In this document: positions 58,281-64,000 of the stretch, piece by piece
Layout of the letters: each line of letters opens with the position of its first letter
How positions within the stretch are numbered: position 1 is the first letter of the stretch
Origin: an uncultured Alphaproteobacteria bacterium
GTDB taxonomy: Bacteria > Pseudomonadota > Alphaproteobacteria > Rs-D84
NCBI GenBank assembly: GCA_944389235.1
Contig: CALXLO010000003.1
Span: 1,223 to 65,222 of the forward strand
DNA length: 64,000 bases
Reading direction: 5' to 3'
Notes under the pieces: model-generated
Database searches by the model: none
What the model saw: the letters and a program-made list of their open reading frames with translations, nothing else
Told to the model about the DNA's origin: nothing
Made by a program: the position numbers and the translations under genes

Positions 58281-58907
58281 ATGAAAAAATATTTATTAAC
58301 TTCTTTATTAGCAGTTTTCGCAGTATCATCCGCAAACGCTGCAATGGAATTTAACCCGTATGCATCTGTTCGCGTTGGGTATGATATTCAAACAAAAATA
58401 GAACCGGCAAATGTACCAGCTGGTACATCTGATGAATCCCTAGATGCAATGACCGCCACAGAAGACGGTTTCTTGGGTGGGGCATCACTGGGTGCGACAT
58501 TATTTGAAAATGAATATTTTGGTGCACGCGGCGAATTAGAATACATCTTTACAAATTTGAGCGGCGACAATAATGCCGACATTCAAAATCACACCGCTTT
58601 GTTCAACTTGGCGGCAGATATCAAAACAGGCACCGCATTAACACCATATATTACCGCTGGTATTGGTTATGGCTGGACATTCATTGACGAAGATAATTCA
58701 ACCATGGATACCAACGCATTGGCATGGCAGGTTGGTGCCGGTATATCCTATGCGTTAAATGATGCATTCTCGCTGGATTTAGGGTACAGATACCTGGACA
58801 GCGGCACATTATCATTAGACATACCATTGTCTGCAACCTATACCGCAACATTAGACGAAGATGTGGCATCACATCAAATCTATCTGGGTGCCAGATACGC
58901 TTTCTAA
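58281..58907 (+). CDS. Outer-membrane beta-barrel protein (OmpA-like/OmpW-like 8-strand barrel family)
   Basis: AGGAGAAAG SD. Signal peptide MKKYLLTSLLAVFAVSSANA. Alternating amphipathic beta strands. C-terminal ...LGARYAF (terminal Phe). Confidence 0.65.
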   Translation: MKKYLLTSLLAVFAVSSANAAMEFNPYASVRVGYDIQTKIEPANVPAGTSDESLDAMTATEDGFLGGASLGATLFENEYFGARGELEYIFTNLSGDNNADIQNHTALFNLAADIKTGTALTPYITAGIGYGWTFIDEDNSTMDTNALAWQVGAGISYALNDAFSLDLGYRYLDSGTLSLDIPLSATYTATLDEDVASHQIYLGARYAF

Positions 58908-58929
58908 ACGCATTATTATGCAAAAACAA

Positions 58930-58956
58930 AAACACCCCGTTCGGGGTGTTTTTTAA
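58930..58956 (+). terminator. Terminator after the OMP gene
   Basis: ACACCCCGttCGGGGTGT followed by TTTTT. Confidence 0.6.
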
Positions 58957-59021
58957 TATTGACCGTTGGCGTTCATGGTGCTATAACAAATTCGGCAACA
59001 TTAAATTTATGGGGGTATATT

Positions 59022-59498
59022 ATGGAAACCAAATTGATGCCTATATTTGAATTGCGGGCGGCATGTTTGCAAAATCTAAGCCCAAAATATTATGCACAAA
59101 ACGCTGATTTGATTCGTCGCACATCATTGGCGGCCCAAGACTATGTTATATCTGGCAACATATATGAATATAACAATATAAATGGTGCAATATCTTTTGA
59201 TAAACTGCCGGAATACATAAATGTACATGCAAAATATAATTTACCGTTCAATGCATTTGCGCGCCCATTTGAACAAAACGGCTTAAATCCAGGACTGGTA
59301 ATGGACTTGGCCCAGGCATTAAAATCAGACGAATTAAATAACATTATTGATACACGCGGCAACATTATAAATACAAACAAACTGTTTTCTTCAAAAGTGC
59401 TGCGCATATATCATAATTCGCCGATGTTGTCTGGTATTCCACTGTTTGCATTGCGCAAAGTGTTAACAAACACGCGCACGATGCAAGTATCACGATAA
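59022..59498 (+). CDS. Hypothetical protein (158 aa)
   Basis: ORF starts METKLMPIFEL. No recognisable motif. Co-oriented with its neighbours. Confidence 0.4.
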   Translation: METKLMPIFELRAACLQNLSPKYYAQNADLIRRTSLAAQDYVISGNIYEYNNINGAISFDKLPEYINVHAKYNLPFNAFARPFEQNGLNPGLVMDLAQALKSDELNNIIDTRGNIINTNKLFSSKVLRIYHNSPMLSGIPLFALRKVLTNTRTMQVSR

Positions 59499-59522
59499 CA
59501 CCACACAGGCGGGGGAAATCAA

Positions 59523-59984
59523 ATGAAAAAGGCATTATTAATATTACTGGTTGCAATGGGTCTGGCGGCATGCGGGGCAAATCTGAACAATGACAGATAT
59601 GAAACATCTGGTACCGGCACCGTTAATACCGTCAGCGAAGGCGTAATCATAAATGTTCGTCGGGTAACAATTGCAGACCAAGATGGCGAAGTTGGTCAAC
59701 TGGCGGGCGGTCTGGTTGGCGCAGTTGCCGGTGGTATGTTGGGCGATGATAATAAAATAACCCAAACAATCGGTGCGGTTGGCGGTGCTGTTTTGGGCGG
59801 ATATGTCGGCGGAAAAATGGAAGAGGGCCTGTCCAGCCAAGGCGGCATAGAATATATAGTTAAATTAGATTCCGGTCGCGCAATTACATTAACCCAAGGC
59901 GACGATGTTGAATTTACTGTGGGTCAATCTGTATATGTACTAGACGCAGATTATGGCGAACGCGCCCGCATAATTGCAAAATAA
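59523..59984 (+). CDS. Outer-membrane lipoprotein with a glycine-zipper domain (SlyB/Pcp-like)
   Basis: Lipobox LAAC. Glycine zipper LAGGLVGAVAGGMLG...IGAVGGAVLGGYVGG. Confidence 0.6.
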   Translation: MKKALLILLVAMGLAACGANLNNDRYETSGTGTVNTVSEGVIINVRRVTIADQDGEVGQLAGGLVGAVAGGMLGDDNKITQTIGAVGGAVLGGYVGGKMEEGLSSQGGIEYIVKLDSGRAITLTQGDDVEFTVGQSVYVLDADYGERARIIAK

Positions 59985-60013
59985 AAAAAGGCACAAAATT
60001 GGTGCCTTTTTTA
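59985..60013 (+). terminator. Terminator after the lipoprotein gene
   Basis: AGGCACaaaattGGTGCCT followed by TTTTT. Confidence 0.55.
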
Positions 60014-60173
60014 ACGGTCAATCATAAATGTTTATAATTACTTGCGTTTTCAAAAAAATTTATATATAATTGCCGTAATTCTGCGGGTGGGCGCAGGATT
60101 AATCCGATTAACCCCACAAGACCTCGTCCGTATTCAAAATTATGACGATGGCAAACTTTGTATAAAATTCTGT

Positions 60174-61862
60174 ATGAAAGATTTATCCAAAGATTTATAT
60201 AATCCGGTATCTGGCGAAGATTTTGTCCAGATGTTTAACAACGACTATGGCACCCAAGAAACCCTGCAAGGCTATGCCACCAAGGGTACAGTCAAAGACA
60301 TTCGTGGCGATTTCGCGATTGTTGATGTTGGTCTGAAATCCGAAGGGCGCATTCCACTAAAAGAATTTGGCGCATCGGTCCCAGCAGTCGGCGACATCAT
60401 TGATGTTTTTGTTGAAAGATACGAATCCCGCGAAGGTACCGCTGTACTGTCTTATACCAAGGCGCGTGCAGAAAAAGCATGGAAAGAATTGGAAAAGACT
60501 GTTGCCGAAGGTATTGACCCCGAAGGTACAATTATTGATGTCGTACGCGGTGGGTACACTGTTGACATCAATGGCGTATTTGCATTTATGCCATCATCCC
60601 AGGTTGACCATAAACCTGTGCGTGATGCAAAATCGCTGATTGGGTTAAAAGATAAATTCCGTGTATTGAAAATGGATGCGCTGCGCACAAATGCAATTGT
60701 TTCACGCCGCGCGATTCAGGCTGATTCTATTGCGGCGGCACAGAAAGAAGCGATGAAAAATATTTCATTGGGCGCAGTTATCGAAGGTACAGTCAAAAAC
60801 ATTACTGATTATGGTGTGTTTGTTGACTTGGGTGGAATTGACGGTTTGCTGCATGTGACAGACTTGTCGTGGAAACGCGTTAACCATCCACGCGAACTGG
60901 TACATGTCGGCGAAAAAATAAAGGTCAAGGTCATACAATTTGACCCAGAATCACACCGTATTTCACTGGGTGCAAAACAATTGGAAGAAGACCCATGGGA
61001 AAACGCGTCCCGTGCATTCAATGTCGGCGACACAGTATCTGGCAAAGTTTCGTCTTTGACCGATTATGGTGCATTTATTGACCTGGGTAATAATATCGAA
61101 GGTCTGGTTCACATGTCTGAACTGTCATGGACAAATAAAAACATCCACCCCAGCAAAGTTTTGCAAGTGGGTCAAGATGTTAATGTCGTCGTTCTGGGCA
61201 TTGACCAAGAAAAACGCCGCATATCATTGGGCTATAAACAATTGCAACCAAACCCATGGAAGCAATTTGCTGAAAACCACAATGTCGGCGATGTTATTAC
61301 CGGTCCAATCAAAAACACGACTGAATTCGGTCTGTTTATTGCATTAACACCTGAACTGGACGGTATGGTTCATATTTCCGACCTGTCTTGGAACAAATTA
61401 GACGAAGAAGAACTGAAAAAGTTTGTTCGCGGTCAAGAAGTCACAGCCAAGATTTTGGATATCAATCCGGAAAAAGAACGCATTACTTTGGGTATCAAAC
61501 AGTTAACCGAAGGTGCCGACAGCAACAGCGCATCACTGAAAAAGGGCGCAGTTGTTTCCGGAACAGTATCGGAAATTACACCAGACGAATTAATTTTGGC
61601 ATTGCCAAACGATATCCGTGGTGTTATCCGTCGCACAGACCTGTCGCGCGAAAAGTCAGAACAAGATACCAGCAAATTTAATGTTGGTGATACAGTCGAA
61701 GCATCTGTTGTTTCTGTGGACAACAATGTTGTTAAACTGTCTATCCGCGCATTACAGGTAACGCTGGAAAAGCAAGCAGTCAAAGAATACGCAAACCAGG
61801 CCGACAGTGGTTCTGTGTTGGGCGATATTTTGGGCGCTGCAATTGAAAACAGCAAAAAATAA
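60174..61862 (+). CDS. rpsA: 30S ribosomal protein S1
   Basis: Six S1 repeats (GTVKDIRGDFAIVDVGLKSEGRIP, GTVKNITDYGVFVDLGGIDGLLH and others). Start taken at the ATG at 60174. The TTG-initiated upstream extension is unlikely. Confidence 0.85.
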   Translation: MKDLSKDLYNPVSGEDFVQMFNNDYGTQETLQGYATKGTVKDIRGDFAIVDVGLKSEGRIPLKEFGASVPAVGDIIDVFVERYESREGTAVLSYTKARAEKAWKELEKTVAEGIDPEGTIIDVVRGGYTVDINGVFAFMPSSQVDHKPVRDAKSLIGLKDKFRVLKMDALRTNAIVSRRAIQADSIAAAQKEAMKNISLGAVIEGTVKNITDYGVFVDLGGIDGLLHVTDLSWKRVNHPRELVHVGEKIKVKVIQFDPESHRISLGAKQLEEDPWENASRAFNVGDTVSGKVSSLTDYGAFIDLGNNIEGLVHMSELSWTNKNIHPSKVLQVGQDVNVVVLGIDQEKRRISLGYKQLQPNPWKQFAENHNVGDVITGPIKNTTEFGLFIALTPELDGMVHISDLSWNKLDEEELKKFVRGQEVTAKILDINPEKERITLGIKQLTEGADSNSASLKKGAVVSGTVSEITPDELILALPNDIRGVIRRTDLSREKSEQDTSKFNVGDTVEASVVSVDNNVVKLSIRALQVTLEKQAVKEYANQADSGSVLGDILGAAIENSKK

Positions 61863-61890
61863 GATAAAATTATTTATCTGAAATATGATG

Positions 61891-61920
61891 CCCCCGGCAC
61901 TTGCCGGGGGTCGTTTTTTG
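61891..61920 (+). terminator. Terminator after rpsA
   Basis: CCCCCGGCacttGCCGGGGG followed by TCGTTTTTT. Confidence 0.55.
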
Positions 61921-61936
61921 TGGTATAATCCCAATC

Positions 61937-62497
61937 ATGAAAAAAATAATTGTTTTAATGGGCGGTCAAGGCGTAGGCAAGGGGACTTTTTCCCGCATGC
62001 TGCGTGAACGCCACGATTATAAATATATTGAAACAGGCGACATGTTGCGTAATGCCGCAAAAACTAATCCAGATATTGCCACCATAATGGCGCGTGGTGA
62101 ATTATTGCCATTTGAAATGCTGGTTAATTTGGTTGCGAACTGTATCAATGATAATAATGACCAAGATATTTTGATGGATGGTTTTCCACGCACATTAGAC
62201 CAAGCACAATGGCTGGTTGATAACTATGCTGATAAATTTGATATACATGTATTATATCTGAATGTGCCCGAAGAAATAATGATTAAGCGCATTCAAAAGC
62301 GTATCCGCGAAGGTGCCGGTCGCGCAGATGATTCTGATGCTAACGCGATTCGCCGCCGACTGGACATATTTTGGAATACAACCATACCGGCAATCAATTG
62401 GTTAAAAACGGCACATAATATACACTTTGCCGATGTTGAGGTCAGTGGTGATGTCAACGACAACTTTGCCAATATTTTACGCGCATTGGGTGAATAA
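61937..62497 (+). CDS. adk: Adenylate kinase (short form without the long LID insertion)
   Basis: IVLMGGQGVGKGTFSRML P-loop, IETGDMLR NMP-binding, DGFPRTLDQAQ, and the arginine-rich R..R...R..DD segment. Confidence 0.7.
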   Translation: MKKIIVLMGGQGVGKGTFSRMLRERHDYKYIETGDMLRNAAKTNPDIATIMARGELLPFEMLVNLVANCINDNNDQDILMDGFPRTLDQAQWLVDNYADKFDIHVLYLNVPEEIMIKRIQKRIREGAGRADDSDANAIRRRLDIFWNTTIPAINWLKTAHNIHFADVEVSGDVNDNFANILRALGE

Positions 62498-62501
62498 AAA
62501 A

Positions 62502-62578
62502 TGGTCGGGGCGACAGGAATCGAACCTGCGACCCCTTGCACCCCATGCAAGTACTCTACCAGGCTGAGCTACGCCCCG
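62502..62578 (-). tRNA. tRNA-Pro (anticodon GGG)
   Basis: Reverse complement CGGGGCG...CGCCCCG-A-CCA. C1:G72 as in tRNA-Pro. D-loop AGCCTGGTA. Anticodon stem CTTGC/GCAAG with loop ATGGGGT. T-loop TTCGATT. Confidence 0.75.
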
Positions 62579-62701
62579 ACATGCACATATTTATACAATT
62601 ACATATAATCAAATGCAAGTGTATATTTTATGCTTGCACGAATCGGAAAAAAGTTATTAGTATCTTTTATCAGATAAACCATACTTGGGGGAGGCACATC
62701 C

Positions 62702-63079
62702 ATGATATTGGGCATCGGAATTGACATGGTTGAATGCGGACGCTTTCTTGATTGGTCTGCATTCAAAAAACAAAGAATCTTTACAAAAAAAGAACTGGAA
62801 TATGCAGATGCAGATAATGCAAATGCCGAAAAACATCTGGCAAACTTTTGGGCGGCACGCGAAGCATGCCTGAAAGCACTGGGAACCGGATTTGGCGATG
62901 ATATCGCATTTTCTGATGTATCTGTAATTCATAATGATGCCGGTCGACCAGAATTATTACTGGCGGGTGGCGCACGCGCAGCATTAAAAGAACTGGCGGG
63001 CGGGGATGCAGTTGTTCATCTGTCTATTACTGACCAAGACGATTATTCTGCCGCCGTTGTTATTGTTGAAAAATTATAA
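62702..63079 (+). CDS. acpS: Holo-[acyl-carrier-protein] synthase
   Basis: MILGIGIDMVECGRF...WAAREACLKALGTG (4'-phosphopantetheinyl transferase motifs). GGGGGAGG SD. Confidence 0.8.
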   Translation: MILGIGIDMVECGRFLDWSAFKKQRIFTKKELEYADADNANAEKHLANFWAAREACLKALGTGFGDDIAFSDVSVIHNDAGRPELLLAGGARAALKELAGGDAVVHLSITDQDDYSAAVVIVEKL

Positions 63080-63080
63080 T

Positions 63081-63106
63081 AAACCGCCGTTTGGCGGTTT
63101 TTTTAT
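63081..63106 (+). terminator. Terminator after acpS
   Basis: AACCGCCgttTGGCGGTT followed by TTTTTT. Confidence 0.55.
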
Positions 63107-63419
63107 ACAACAACAAACGGCATATCCAAATTCTGCTGATATCTTGAAATGATTACACATCAAATACCAAACATTATTCAATTTGGTAATCAAGTGGAAT
63201 CCAAGAACTATCAACAGAAACACATCGCGCGTCTTAATAATATAACATATTTAATCTGCACACACGCTTTTTGGATATGCCGTACACTTTTCATCGTAAT
63301 AATAAAATGATTACGACGCTGTTGCAGGGTTCTCACACCCCATCGGGTATTTCTATGCCCCGACATAAATATGATATAACGCGTATATAAAATTTGCAAG
63401 TTGCATATTAACGATAAAA

Positions 63420-63445
63420 AACCGTCATAAAAATGACGGTTTTTA
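63420..63445. terminator. Bidirectional terminator at the end of the right-edge minus-strand gene
   Basis: AACCGTCAtaaaaaTGACGGTT flanked by an A-run and a T-run. Confidence 0.5.
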
Positions 63446-63447
63446 TC

Positions 63448-64000
63448 TTAGAACAATGGCGGGAAACAATCACCCCCTGTTTCTGGGCAACAATTAAACC
63501 CGGCGGCACCCATATCGGTATATATTTCACCAGCGCAACAACCATTTGCATCTGGTGCCAAACCATCTGGACAAGTTGGCGTTTCAGCAACCGCAGTATT
63601 TAATGTTTCTGTATCATATTGTGGGTCTGCAACAAACATTTTTTCATTTTGTGAAACATTATATGCTGGCTTGCTGGCCAAAATTTCTTCTTCGGTTTCA
63701 ACAGTTATACTGGTGTCCGGAACAACAGGTTCTGGTTCTGCCGGCACCATTGGTTCAACAACAGGTTCCGGCACGGTTTCAGCAACTGATGTCGTATCAA
63801 TCACATCATTTGTAATTGATGTATCTTCAACAGGTTCTATTACTGCCACCGGTGCAGCTGGTTCTATTAATGGTTCTGGTTCTGGCATGACAACCGGTTC
63901 CGGTTCTGTAATTTGTTCGACAGTTGTTATGTCTGTTTCTGTTATTTCAACTTGTTCTGGTTCTGCTGGCATTGGTATTTCTGGAATAATTGGACTGTCC
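63448..64000 (-). CDS. Pro/Glu/Val-rich repetitive secreted or surface protein with a Cys-rich C-terminal tail. 5' partial: continues past the window end.
   Basis: Repeats of the PEPEPV / VPEPVVEP type. The reading frame stays open upstream of the first Met at 63972. C-terminus TCPDGLAPDANGCCAGEIYTDMGAAGFNCCPETGGDCFPPLF. Confidence 0.6.
   Translation of the reverse strand, partial: DSPIIPEIPMPAEPEQVEITETDITTVEQITEPEPVVMPEPEPLIEPAAPVAVIEPVEDTSITNDVIDTTSVAETVPEPVVEPMVPAEPEPVVPDTSITVETEEEILASKPAYNVSQNEKMFVADPQYDTETLNTAVAETPTCPDGLAPDANGCCAGEIYTDMGAAGFNCCPETGGDCFPPLF

Noticed and set aside
1-64000. Searched for CRISPR arrays, rRNA, IS/transposase, integrase or phage structural genes
   Set aside because: No direct-repeat/spacer arrays, no rRNA-like conserved stretches, and no transposase or integrase motifs were seen. 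The island near tRNA-Gly lacks a recognisable integrase.

Overview
AT-rich (roughly 35-40% GC by eye) alphaproteobacterial chromosome segment. Gene order and content suggest a host-associated or endosymbiotic lineage. Most of the window is conserved housekeeping:
- addA, recN, xseA, tsaD
- an rpsP-rimM-trmD-rplS operon
- gdhA, dnaK, rplY, rsmD, tadA, secA, gpmI
- rsmH, dnaE, a ybgC-tolQ-tolR-tolA cluster, ruvB
- an OmpR/EnvZ-type two-component pair
- argS, rplM-rpsI, tig, thyA, rpsA, adk, acpS
- tRNA-Gly(CCC) and tRNA-Pro(GGG), plus many hairpin/T-run terminators

The main accessory region is a tRNA-Gly-adjacent island at about 18.6-24.4 kb. It carries three consecutive glycosyltransferase-like genes. 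One is an unmistakable GT6 (ABO histo-blood-group-like) catalytic domain with the bacterial NxN variant, fused to a second DxD domain.

Other unusual items:
- AddA encoded as two overlapping ORFs (helicase, then RecB-type nuclease), with no adjacent addB.
- Tandem paralogs of unknown function between xseA and tsaD.
- A Cys-rich secreted protein with Listeria/Bacteroides (InlB B-type) repeats, next to tandem lipoprotein paralogs.
- A 962-aa Ser/Gly/Cys-rich secreted protein.
- Small Cys-rich ORFs inserted inside the rpsP-rplS operon.
- A >570-aa membrane-anchored alpha-helical gene on the minus strand at the left edge. The ORF track misses it because it has no stop in the window.

No CRISPR array, rRNA, transposase or obvious phage genes were seen.
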